Assembly (NCBI GenBank): GCA_965248975.1
Contig: CBDFKU010000015.1
Coordinates: forward strand, 16,916 to 80,915
Reading direction: 5' to 3'
Length of the DNA stretch: 64,000 bases
From: Dehalococcoidia bacterium
GTDB lineage: Bacteria > Chloroflexota > Dehalococcoidia > Lucifugimonadales > JAGWBF01
Part shown: in pieces, positions 1 through 8,532 of the stretch
Layout of the letters: each line of letters opens with the position of its first letter
Position numbering within the stretch: position 1 is the first letter of the stretch
The notes under the pieces: generated by a model
What the model saw: only the letters and a program-made list of their open reading frames with translations
What the model was told of the DNA's origin: nothing
Database searches by the model: none
Made by a program: the position numbers and the translations under genes

Positions 1-1
1 G

Positions 2-229
2 GACCTTCCCCACGAGGAGCTTACCCAGAGAGAGCTGGAGGTGCTTCAACTTGCCACAGACGGGTTCGCCAACAAGGAGATCGCGGCGAAGCTGGTCGTC
101 AGCGAAAAAACTGTCAAGAATCATGTAGCCAACATCTTCTCCAAGCTCCGGGTGAACGACAGGACCCAGGCCGTGCTGTATGCCCTGCGCAAAGGGCTGG
201 TCAGCATGCGACCGGAGGAACCGGGCTAG
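2..229 (+). CDS. LuxR/NarL-type HTH DNA-binding domain; 3' end of a regulator gene whose 5' part lies upstream of the window
   Basis: The frame is open from the window edge to TAG at 227-229. ELTQRELEVLQLATDGFANKEIAAKLVVSEKTVKNHVANIFSKL is the GerE/LuxR HTH signature. Confidence 0.85.
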   Translation, partial: DLPHEELTQRELEVLQLATDGFANKEIAAKLVVSEKTVKNHVANIFSKLRVNDRTQAVLYALRKGLVSMRPEEPG

Positions 230-318
230 CCTCTCCGTATGAGCTACAGCATGTCCATTCAGCTAAATGGGGAAAGCTCATATTCCTTTGGCGGGACTAT
301 GAGCCCCGGTCACCTATA

Positions 319-510
319 CTTAAACCGAGGTGAAACCAGCAAAGTCACAATAGGCATCGCGGAACTCGTCATTCCGGCGGAAGCCGGAATCCATGGCCAG
401 GACTGGACACCGGCTTTCGCCGGTGTGACGGGAATCCTAATCCAACGCTAGGGTGGATCCTGTAAAGTCACCATAGCCATCCATGTAGATTCCGCTTTGG
501 CTTTAGTTTA
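319..510 (+). repeat. ~190-bp two-hairpin intergenic repeat element, copy A (inverted partner at 28468-28663)
   Basis: Perfect 8-bp hairpins ATTCCGGC-GGAA-GCCGGAAT (371-390) and ACACCGGC-TTTC-GCCGGTGT (407-426). The reverse complement aligns by eye end to end with 28468-28663. Track ORF 239-451 is only its translation. Confidence 0.8.
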
Positions 511-641
511 GGCCCTTTTGCCCAGGCACGATGGGACCGGAACTCATTTCCTCAAGGCGAGCGTGTATTAGACTTCTCTCAGCAGCACTGTGGAAGGAAG
601 GGAATCATGAAGTCAGCCGTGGCACCGCATGGTGATGTCTT

Positions 642-1421
642 ATGAAACGGGTACATCTCTTCGAACTGGAAGACCAGACCTGGTTACCTGCATCTATTCG
701 CGATGCGGGCACGGATGTCCTCCGTTCAATGACCGAAGTCGGGAACATATACCGGTCCATCGTTCCCAAACTGAAGGATGCCCTGGTAAAAACGGGGAGC
801 CAGGAGGTCCTCGACCTTTGCTCAGGCGGCGGAGGGCCCGCTCTCCGAGTACGTGAAGCGCTGGTCAAAGCAGGCTGCCCCGTGACGATGACCCTTAGCG
901 ACAAGTTCCCGAACCGGGCGGCCTTCGAGTACTTGCGGAAGCGTTCGGGCGGAGGCGTGGATTTCGTCGATCAGCCGGTGGACGCGGCGCAGGTGCCCTC
1001 ACACCTGTCCGGGTTCAGGACTCTCTTTTCTTCTTTCCATCACTTCCCACCGGAGGCGGCCCGGAGCGTCCTGCTGGACGCGGTGCGCCAACGACGCCCC
1101 ATCGGGATTTTCGACCTGACCGCAAGAAGGCCTCCTCCGGTCGGAATGATGCTGTTGGCGAATCCTGTGGCCCATCTGCTGACAACGCCCTTCATCCGGC
1201 CCTTCCGCTGGAGTCGCCTCTTCTGGACTTACGTCGTCCCCCTTGTTCCTCTCTACGTCGCGTGGGACGGGTTCGCATCGGGGTTGCGGCTGTACTCCAC
1301 TCAAGAGCTACAGGAACTGGTGGACGGGCTACATCCCCATGGCAGTGACTACGTATGGGAGATCGGGCGGGAAGCTTTTCCGCACTCGATCACCTATCTC
1401 ATAGGCTATCCGAAAGCGTAG
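642..1421 (+). CDS. class I SAM-dependent methyltransferase-like protein
   Basis: 259-aa ORF. EVLDLCSGGGGP is a glycine-rich motif I typical of Rossmann-fold methyltransferases. No closer family recognised. Confidence 0.55.
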   Translation: MKRVHLFELEDQTWLPASIRDAGTDVLRSMTEVGNIYRSIVPKLKDALVKTGSQEVLDLCSGGGGPALRVREALVKAGCPVTMTLSDKFPNRAAFEYLRKRSGGGVDFVDQPVDAAQVPSHLSGFRTLFSSFHHFPPEAARSVLLDAVRQRRPIGIFDLTARRPPPVGMMLLANPVAHLLTTPFIRPFRWSRLFWTYVVPLVPLYVAWDGFASGLRLYSTQELQELVDGLHPHGSDYVWEIGREAFPHSITYLIGYPKA

Positions 1422-1570
1422 ATCAAAGATCATTGGCGAGTGCCACGGCGGTGATCAGGTGATACACACGTTTAGGTATCAAGAGCCGAACAGAGGCGGG
1501 CATCGCACACGCCAGCGGAGCCGCTGCCCAAAAGCCAATTCACCGCTCGCAGTCGGGGACGTACTACCCG

Positions 1571-2089
1571 CTATTTGTTGAGACCTCGCTGCAGGCCCCT
1601 GAGGTAACGGATATGGCCCACGTGCTGCCCGATCTCCGATAGCAGGTGGCTGAACATGCGGCCGACGGGCGCTCCTTCGAAGGAAGACTGCTCGATGACC
1701 AGGGGCCGGTCCAGGGCCTCAGCGGTTAGACTATCCAGGTAGTCCATGGTGTTCCTGCGAACGGCGCGGTAGTACTGCATCAGCTCTTCAACCGGCGGCG
1801 TCGGGAACTGGGCCAGTCTCGCCTCGTCGTAGACGTGGCCGGTTTCGTCGGTCGGGATTCCCCACTTGGTGGGCCAGCCGTCTCGTTCAAAGAGCTCCTC
1901 GACTCCCTGGGCGCGGCCCTGAACCCATACATCTTCGGCGCGGGTCACGTGCCAGAGGGTGAAGCCTATGGAGTTGGCCCAATCCGCCGGCCTCCAGGAA
2001 AGCTCCTCGGCTGTCAGTCCTTCCAGGGCGCTCTCCTGGTCCCTTTCCATCTCCTCCAGGGTGTCCACTATCAGTCTCTTCGCGTCCAT
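1571..2089 (-). CDS. DinB-family (DinB_2-like) four-helix-bundle protein
   Basis: 172 aa. LTAEELSWRP...NSIGFTLWHVTRAEDVW...HVGHIRYLRG is the DinB-like His pattern. SD GGAG lies upstream of the ATG. Confidence 0.7.
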   Translation of the reverse strand: MDAKRLIVDTLEEMERDQESALEGLTAEELSWRPADWANSIGFTLWHVTRAEDVWVQGRAQGVEELFERDGWPTKWGIPTDETGHVYDEARLAQFPTPPVEELMQYYRAVRRNTMDYLDSLTAEALDRPLVIEQSSFEGAPVGRMFSHLLSEIGQHVGHIRYLRGLQRGLNK

Positions 2090-2257
2090 TACGTCTCCTG
2101 ACCTAAAATAGAGTTTCCTACGATTCTACCAGGTCTAGTCTGGTGCGTGCCGCCTTTCGCGCCAGCGAGGCACTCCGTCGTGCGTCTTCGTTGACAATAA
2201 AGACCAACCCTCATAGAATCGACCCCGGCCAAAGGGATTCAGAGAGGATGATAGTCT

Positions 2258-3070
2258 ATGCTGACTCGTATGCTTGCCGGCCTCGAAGTCAATGCCGTCG
2301 GTTTGGGCACAGCCGGATCCTTCGAGATCGCCTCTTCGTGGGAGATCCCGCTCAGGCAGCAGGTCATCGACAACAGTCTGGCCTGCGACGCCAACTTCAT
2401 CGATACCTCGCCCATGTATGGGGAGAGTGAAAGGGTGGTGGGCTTGGCCATCCATGGCAAGCGAGACAAGTTCCATCTGGCGACGAAGGTATGGTGCCGC
2501 GGCGCAGACACCGGAAGGGCGCAGATCGCCAACTCCTTCCGGCTGCTGCAGACCGATTACATCGAGGTACTCCAGATCCACAACCTGGTGGACTGGCAGA
2601 CCCATCTCCCTGAGCTGGAGCGTCTCAAGGCCGATGGTAAGATCTGCCTTGTCGGAATCACCCACTACTCCCCCTCCACCTTTCCAGAGTTGATGGCCAT
2701 AATGAAGACCGGACGTATAGACGCGGTCCAGGTGCCCTACAACGTCCTGGAGAGGCGCTGTGAGGAATCTCTCCTGCCGTTGGCGGCTGAGATGGGGATC
2801 GGTGTGATCGTCATGGAGCCCCTGGGGTCCGGAAGCCTGGTGAAGCGCTTGCGGGGAGAACCCGACCTTTCTCCTTTGCGAGAACACGGTATAGACACCT
2901 GGGCCCAGGCATTGCTGGCCTGGGTCCTGGCCGACCCACGGGTCAGTGTGGTGATTCCCGCGACATCCAGGCCCGAGCGGGCGTTCGAGAACGCCCATGT
3001 GGGTTCCCTTTCGCCTTTGCCTGCTGATGTGAGAGATCACGTTTCTTCAGAAGCCAAGCGCTGCTGCTAG
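2258..3070 (+). CDS. aldo/keto reductase family oxidoreductase
   Basis: 270 aa. NFIDTSPMYGESERVVG...HLATKV...LQIHN...GITHYS fits the AKR catalytic Asp/Tyr/Lys/His context. Confidence 0.8.
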   Translation: MLTRMLAGLEVNAVGLGTAGSFEIASSWEIPLRQQVIDNSLACDANFIDTSPMYGESERVVGLAIHGKRDKFHLATKVWCRGADTGRAQIANSFRLLQTDYIEVLQIHNLVDWQTHLPELERLKADGKICLVGITHYSPSTFPELMAIMKTGRIDAVQVPYNVLERRCEESLLPLAAEMGIGVIVMEPLGSGSLVKRLRGEPDLSPLREHGIDTWAQALLAWVLADPRVSVVIPATSRPERAFENAHVGSLSPLPADVRDHVSSEAKRCC

Positions 3071-3284
3071 CGCCAAGATAGTCTTCCCTCAGCATCGAGT
3101 CCTCATAGCCTCACCGTGGCCTTCCCCGACGGCGTCTAGCCCCGCGACCTACCCCAAAACAGGGCAATCACACCGTGCTTTGGAGGGTGACAGCACTCTG
3201 CCCTGCCTCAGACATAACGCGAGATAATCGTTGATATGGCGCCCGGAGGATGTTTGATCTGAGCGCGGCAAGGAGGTGACGGGA

Positions 3285-3488
3285 ATGGGAAAGGTATCCA
3301 TCGAAACAGCATGCCGCCCCGAACCGATGTCGATTTCAAGGCTTGAGCAACTGGAGAACTTGATGTCCCTTCGAGACAGTGGTGACATCACCCCGACCGA
3401 ATTCGAGGCCGAGAAACGTTGCATATTCGTGGGTTCCATGACACCATCTCGTGTCCGCCGGCTGGGCTTGCTGCCCGATAAGTTCTAA
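3285..3488 (+). CDS. small SHOCT-domain-like protein
   Basis: AGGAGG at 3271-3276 lies 8 nt before ATG 3285 (the track start 3276 is a GTG inside the SD). SRLEQLENLMSLRDSGDITPTEFEAEKRCIF matches the SHOCT consensus pattern. Confidence 0.45.
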   Translation: MGKVSIETACRPEPMSISRLEQLENLMSLRDSGDITPTEFEAEKRCIFVGSMTPSRVRRLGLLPDKF

Positions 3489-3584
3489 CGAGGCCTTCGC
3501 CCGGTGGAGCAGGCCGCTTCGTTGACCTCCCAATAGGCCCTGGGGTACACTCCCATCGCCACATGTGCGACGGGAGGTAAAGCC

Positions 3585-3779
3585 ATGGCCTTCTCCAACG
3601 AGGCCCTCAAAGAGATAATCCGCGAGCTCCAGGGGCTTGAGCTTTCCGACGAAGAGCTGGACCTGATACGACCTGCGCTGGACGCATACATCGGTGAGAT
3701 CGAGCGGCTGCAGGAGCTCGACCTCACCGATGTGATGTCAGCCCGCCTGTTGAGAGCACAGGAAGGGGGACAGGGCTGA
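3585..3779 (+). CDS. small GatC/AtzG-like (DUF4089-like) amidase partner protein
   Basis: 64-aa acidic helical protein. Its stop overlaps the amidase start (TGATG at 3777-3781). Size and position are like GatC or AtzG next to an amidase-signature enzyme. Confidence 0.5.
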   Translation: MAFSNEALKEIIRELQGLELSDEELDLIRPALDAYIGEIERLQELDLTDVMSARLLRAQEGGQG

Positions 3780-5215
3780 TGGCGGACATAGAGCTGTCAA
3801 GGCTGAGCATCTCGGAACTGGCGCCCCGGATCAAGGCCAGGGAGGTCTCGCCGGTGGAGGTGATGGAGGCGACCCTGGCCCTGGTGGACCGGCTTCAGCC
3901 GGTACTGAACTCCTTCATCACGGTCATGAGTGACCGGGCGATGGTGGCGGCCAAGGAGCAGGAGACCGCTCTCGCCAGAGGAGAGTACCTGGGACCACTG
4001 CAGGGCATCCCCGTGGGCATAAAGGACAACATCAAAGTGGCTGGGGTCCTCGCCACCCTGGGCTCGAAAGTGTTCGCCGACTACGTCGCCGACGAGGACG
4101 CTCAGGCGGTTACCCTGTGCAAGAAGGCTGGGGCCATAATCCTGGGCAAGGAGAACCTGGAGGAGTTCGCCGCGGGGGCCACCTCCAACAATCCCCACTA
4201 CGGGGCGGTGCACAATCCCTGGAGCCTGGACCACGTGCCCGGAGGCTCCAGCGGGGGCGGCGGGGCCAACGTGGCCAGCTACGTTACCTTCGCCTCGCTG
4301 GGCACCGACATTGGCGGATCCGTGCGGCTCCCCGGTAGCTTCTGCGGAGTGGTCGGCCTGAAGCAGACCTTCGGCAGGGTGAGCCAGAGGGGGCTTCTGG
4401 GGACGAGCTTCAACGGGGACAACATCGGACCCCTGACCCGTTCTGTGCGGGACAGCGCTCTGGTCCTCCAGGCCATCGCCGGCTACGACCCCTTGGATCC
4501 CAGCACGGTGCCCGTCCCGGTGCCCGACTACACCGCATCCCTGGACAAGGGCCTGGCCGGTCTCAGGATGGGAATACCGGTCGACTACTACTTCGACGCC
4601 ATCGAGCCGGAGGTGGAGGAAGCGGTCCGCCGGGCTATCGCCGCTCTGGAGGAGCTGGGTGCCAAGCCGAAGGAGGTGAGGCTCCCGATGATGAAGTATC
4701 TGGGCGCCGCCCGCATCGCCTCCATGGTGGACACCGTTGTGACCAACGAGCCCTACATCAGAGACCGGCGCCAGGACTACAGCCCGGAGCTACTCTACCG
4801 CACCCTGGCTGCCCAGTTCGTCCTCGGGAGGGACTACTCCAAGGGGCTGAAGGTGCAGAGGCTGATCAAGGAAGAGTACGCCGAGGTTCTTCAGGAGGTG
4901 GACTTCCTGGTGACGCCCACGTCGCCCATAGCAGGCCTACGCATAGATGCCAAATCATTCACCGTTTCCGGCCAGGAGTATCCCGGAGGAATCCCCGGGT
5001 CGGGCCTCATCTCCAGGACCAGCGCTCCCTTCAACATAACCGGCCTCCCCACCATTTCCATCCCATGCGGCTTCAACCAGGCGGGGCTGCCCGTCGGCCT
5101 CCAGATCACCACCCGTCCCTTTGAGGAAGAGATGATGTTTCAGATAGCCCACGCTTACGAGGCCGTCTCGCCCAGCAAGGGCCGCCGGCCGCCGGTCGGA
5201 GGTTTCGGAACATGA
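3779..5215 (+). CDS. amidase-signature family amidase (GatA/AtzE-like)
   Basis: 478 aa with GIPVGIKDN and the GGSSGGGGANVA amidase-signature motifs. Confidence 0.9.
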   Translation: MADIELSRLSISELAPRIKAREVSPVEVMEATLALVDRLQPVLNSFITVMSDRAMVAAKEQETALARGEYLGPLQGIPVGIKDNIKVAGVLATLGSKVFADYVADEDAQAVTLCKKAGAIILGKENLEEFAAGATSNNPHYGAVHNPWSLDHVPGGSSGGGGANVASYVTFASLGTDIGGSVRLPGSFCGVVGLKQTFGRVSQRGLLGTSFNGDNIGPLTRSVRDSALVLQAIAGYDPLDPSTVPVPVPDYTASLDKGLAGLRMGIPVDYYFDAIEPEVEEAVRRAIAALEELGAKPKEVRLPMMKYLGAARIASMVDTVVTNEPYIRDRRQDYSPELLYRTLAAQFVLGRDYSKGLKVQRLIKEEYAEVLQEVDFLVTPTSPIAGLRIDAKSFTVSGQEYPGGIPGSGLISRTSAPFNITGLPTISIPCGFNQAGLPVGLQITTRPFEEEMMFQIAHAYEAVSPSKGRRPPVGGFGT

Positions 5216-5343
5216 GCCGGACACTCTGGCTCAAGGACCCCCTACACTATTTCCTCCGTGTCACCGATGGAGCAAACAAAACGGTGGGTATACCGGATGC
5301 CCACTTTCCGGGCTCCACCTGGACCTGCAAGTAGGAGGACGGA

Positions 5344-6444
5344 ATGACGGACTCAACCGGGCGGTCCGAGCTTATACCCCTGTCCGAGGAACCCCTCTGC
5401 CGTGAGTCGTCCCTGACGTCTCTCCGCACTCGGATTACCCCGACAGAAAGTTTCTACGTTCGCAACCACTTCCCCGAGACACCTGACCTGAAGGTCCCGG
5501 ACTGGCACCTGGAGGTCAACGGAGAAGTCCACAGTCCGGTAAGCCTCAGCTTCGACGATATCCTAGCTCTACCCAGCACAGAGATCGCCATGACGATGGA
5601 GTGCGCCGGCAACAGTCGGGCCTACGTAACCCCCCCAGCCGAGGGCTTGCGCTTTACTCATGGGGCCATAAGCACCGCTCGATGGAAGGGAGTGCCTCTC
5701 GCCCATCTGCTCTTGGACGTGGCCGGGCTGAAAAGCAGCGCCCGAGAAATCGTGTTCAAGGGGGCAGACCATGGGGAGGAAGAGGAAGAGGGAGTCTCCT
5801 TCGAGCTGGACTACAGACGGAGCCTGCCCCTGGACAAAGCCCTTTACCCCGACACGATTCTAGCCTATGAAATGAACGGCGAAAACCTGTTGCCGGTCCA
5901 CGGATACCCATTACGGTTGATCGTCCCGGGGTGGTATGGGATGGCGTCGGTGAAGTGGCTGGTAAACATCGAGGCTTCGGAGGGGGCCTTCGAGGGCTTC
6001 TTTCAGAAGCGCCGTTACGTGGTCATCAACGAGGGTCTGGAAAACTCCCTAGACCGGGAGCCTGTGACTGTTTTGAAAGTCAAGTCCCTCATCACGGCGC
6101 CCAGGCATGGCGAGGTCATCCCCCGAGGCCCCTTCACCATCAGGGGCCTAGCCTGGTCCGGTACCGGAGAGGTTACAAAGGTGGAGGTGAGCACCGAAGG
6201 GGGGCGTAGCTGGCAGGAAGCCAGGTTGCTGGAGGAGCCCATTTCTCATGCTTGGCGCCTGTGGGAAGCCGACTGGGACGCTGCCGAGACCGGCCACTAT
6301 ATCTTCATGGCGCGGGCGTTCGATTCTTCGGGTGACAGCCAGCCGACCAGCGTCGCATGGAACTTTCGGGGCTACGCCAACAACTCCATACACACGATAG
6401 CCGTCGAAGTCCCCCACCAACGGGCGGCCTCCGCCGGCCCGTAG
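5344..6444 (+). CDS. sulfite-oxidase-family molybdopterin oxidoreductase (no heme domain, no obvious signal peptide)
   Basis: 366 aa. FYVRNHF, the TMECAGNSR Mo-ligand Cys motif, the RLIVPGWYG..VKW motif and a C-terminal dimerisation-like domain. AGGAGG SD. Confidence 0.85.
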   Translation: MTDSTGRSELIPLSEEPLCRESSLTSLRTRITPTESFYVRNHFPETPDLKVPDWHLEVNGEVHSPVSLSFDDILALPSTEIAMTMECAGNSRAYVTPPAEGLRFTHGAISTARWKGVPLAHLLLDVAGLKSSAREIVFKGADHGEEEEEGVSFELDYRRSLPLDKALYPDTILAYEMNGENLLPVHGYPLRLIVPGWYGMASVKWLVNIEASEGAFEGFFQKRRYVVINEGLENSLDREPVTVLKVKSLITAPRHGEVIPRGPFTIRGLAWSGTGEVTKVEVSTEGGRSWQEARLLEEPISHAWRLWEADWDAAETGHYIFMARAFDSSGDSQPTSVAWNFRGYANNSIHTIAVEVPHQRAASAGP

Positions 6445-6625
6445 CAGCCTCAAACCTCTTTCAAGCCCTTCACACCCTACATTCTCACGATCCAGACAGT
6501 CTAATATAGCTAGAAAAGCGCCCAGAAACACGGCCGCCGCCGTGCGACGGGCGTTGACGCCTGCTGAATACTCTTCGGTCCGGACTGATTGATTAGGGCC
6601 GCACTGCAGCTCGCCAGGGGGAAGC

Positions 6626-8011
6626 TTGAATAGTCGGACTGCCGAACTGAAGGACCTGGACAAGACCCACGAGGAACTTATGGACGAGCTCTTCCAGATG
6701 CGGCAACGGGTGGCGCAACTGGAGGCCGCCGCCGCTCGGCGAGCCCAAGACGAGGAGGCCCTTAGGGAAAGCCTGGAGAGGTACAAAAGGATATTCGAGT
6801 CGGCTCCACTCCCCATGTTTGAAGAGGACTACTCCAAACTTATGTCGGTTTTGACCGGCTTGAGGGCTCAGGGGGTCACCGATATCCGGGGATATTTCGA
6901 CGAGCATCCCGAGTTTCTCCGCCAAACCATCGAGCTAATAATGGTCCGAGACGCCAACGCCGCCATGGTAAATACCTTCGGCGTCGAGAGTAAAGAGGCG
7001 CTGCTGGGACCCCTGCGGATAATCTTCGAAACTGAGACGTTGGATGACGTCTTCAAGGATCTTGTGGTCGCCCTGATCGAAGGAAAGACGTATTTCGAAT
7101 GTGAAACCGTCGGTCGTACTCTGGATGGACGCCGATATAACTCGCTGCTGAGCCTGGCGGTGCTTTCAAAGAGCGCTTGCCTCGACAGTGTCCTGGTCAC
7201 CACGATGGACATCACCAAGCTAAAGCAGACCGAAGAGGCCTTGAAACAATACAGCGATGACCTGGCCCGGTCGAATACAGAGCTGGAGCAGTTCGCCTAC
7301 GTGGCTTCCCACGATCTGCAGGAGCCGCTGCGCAAGATCCAAGCTTTCGGCGATCGCCTGGAGGCGACCAACGGCGATGCCCTCAGTGAACGTGGCCTGG
7401 ACTACCTGAGGAGGATGAAGGACTCCGCCTCTCGCATGCAAAACTTGATTTCCGACATGTTGACACTGTCGCGTGTCACCACCAAGGGGCAGCCCTTCGT
7501 GGTGGTGGAACTGGGCAACGTAGTCCGGGAAGTACAATCCGATCTTGAGGTGCGAATCGAGAAGGAAGGCGCTACACTGGATATCGGGGACCTGCCGGCC
7601 ATCGAGGCCGATCCGACCCAAATGCACCAGCTGTTCCTGAACCTCATCGGTAACGCCGTCAAATTTCGGCGCGAGGACGTGGCTCCGGTGGTCAAGGTGA
7701 GAAGCGAGCTCTTGACCGAGGAACCAAGCCTTCAGGCCGGAGGCCGGTGGTCCCAGCGGATCTGCCGGATCACCATACAGGACAACGGCATCGGGTTCGA
7801 CCAGAAGCATGCCGAACGCATCTTCACGATTTTCCAGCGCCTCCACGGACGCGAAGAATACGAGGGGACCGGCATCGGTTTGGCCATCTGCGACAAGATC
7901 GTCCAGCGACACAGTGGGACGATCACGGCGGAGGGTACGTCCGGGCAGGGAGCTTCGTTTACCATTACCCTTCCGACGAAACAAGCTGATGGAGAAGGTT
8001 CTGATGAGTAA
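6626..8011 (+). CDS. PAS-domain sensor histidine kinase
   Basis: 461 aa. N-terminal coiled coil, a PAS-like region, H-box FAYVASHDLQEPLRKI, and N/G boxes (LIGNAVKF, DNGIGF, GTGIGLAICD). TTG start is as given by the track. Confidence 0.9.
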   Translation: MNSRTAELKDLDKTHEELMDELFQMRQRVAQLEAAAARRAQDEEALRESLERYKRIFESAPLPMFEEDYSKLMSVLTGLRAQGVTDIRGYFDEHPEFLRQTIELIMVRDANAAMVNTFGVESKEALLGPLRIIFETETLDDVFKDLVVALIEGKTYFECETVGRTLDGRRYNSLLSLAVLSKSACLDSVLVTTMDITKLKQTEEALKQYSDDLARSNTELEQFAYVASHDLQEPLRKIQAFGDRLEATNGDALSERGLDYLRRMKDSASRMQNLISDMLTLSRVTTKGQPFVVVELGNVVREVQSDLEVRIEKEGATLDIGDLPAIEADPTQMHQLFLNLIGNAVKFRREDVAPVVKVRSELLTEEPSLQAGGRWSQRICRITIQDNGIGFDQKHAERIFTIFQRLHGREEYEGTGIGLAICDKIVQRHSGTITAEGTSGQGASFTITLPTKQADGEGSDE

Positions 8012-8450
8012 TCGCTCTGAAGCCGTCACCGTCCTTATAGCCGAGGACGACCCGGAGGACCGCATGCTGGTGAGAGAAGCCTGGGAAGAGAGCCAGATGG
8101 TCAATGAGCTCCGTTTCGTCCAAGATGGCGAGGAGCTGTTGGAATACCTGAACCGATCTGGTCCTTACGCAAGCCCGGCGGAGGCGCCGCGCCCAGGCCT
8201 TATCCTCCTCGATCTGAATATGCCCAAGAAGGACGGCCGCGACGCCCTTAACGAGATCAAGTCGGACCCCCGCCTCCGGCAGATTCCCATCATCGTGCTG
8301 ACCTCCTCCAAAGCCGAGGAAGATATAGTCCGAACCTACGACCTTGGGGTCAACTCGTACATCACCAAGCCGGTGACCTTCGACCAACTGGTGGAGACAT
8401 TGAAGACCCTAGGGAAGTATTGGATCGAAATCGTAGAGCTGCCGGCATAA
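8004..8450 (+). CDS. single-domain response regulator (CheY/Rcp1-like receiver)
   Basis: MSNRSEAVTVLIAEDDPEDR...LILLDLNMPKKDG...IIVLTSS...YITKP. The start overlaps the kinase stop (ATGAGTAA). Alternative in-frame ATG at 7989. Confidence 0.88.
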   Translation: MSNRSEAVTVLIAEDDPEDRMLVREAWEESQMVNELRFVQDGEELLEYLNRSGPYASPAEAPRPGLILLDLNMPKKDGRDALNEIKSDPRLRQIPIIVLTSSKAEEDIVRTYDLGVNSYITKPVTFDQLVETLKTLGKYWIEIVELPA

Positions 8451-8532
8451 GACCCAAGAGTGGTCTATCCAGGGAACAGGTGCCCTAGCAGCAACCAGTC
8501 TGACCCCAATGCTGAGCTAGAAGGGGTAAGAG

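Noticed and set aside
239-451. 70-aa ORF (MSYSMSIQLNGE…VIPAEAGIHGQDWTPAFAGVTGILIQR)
   Set aside because: It is the translation of the two-hairpin repeat element. It has no SD, and the same DNA occurs inverted at 28468-28663, where the frame is not preserved. I treat it as non-coding repeat.
6148-8104. Long antisense ORFs (6148-6816, 6593-6925, 7220-8104 and similar throughout the track)
   Set aside because: These are typical stop-codon-poor shadow frames of GC-rich coding DNA. Their compositions are Arg/Pro/Gly/Ser-rich. They have no motifs, and each overlaps a gene with strong family signatures.
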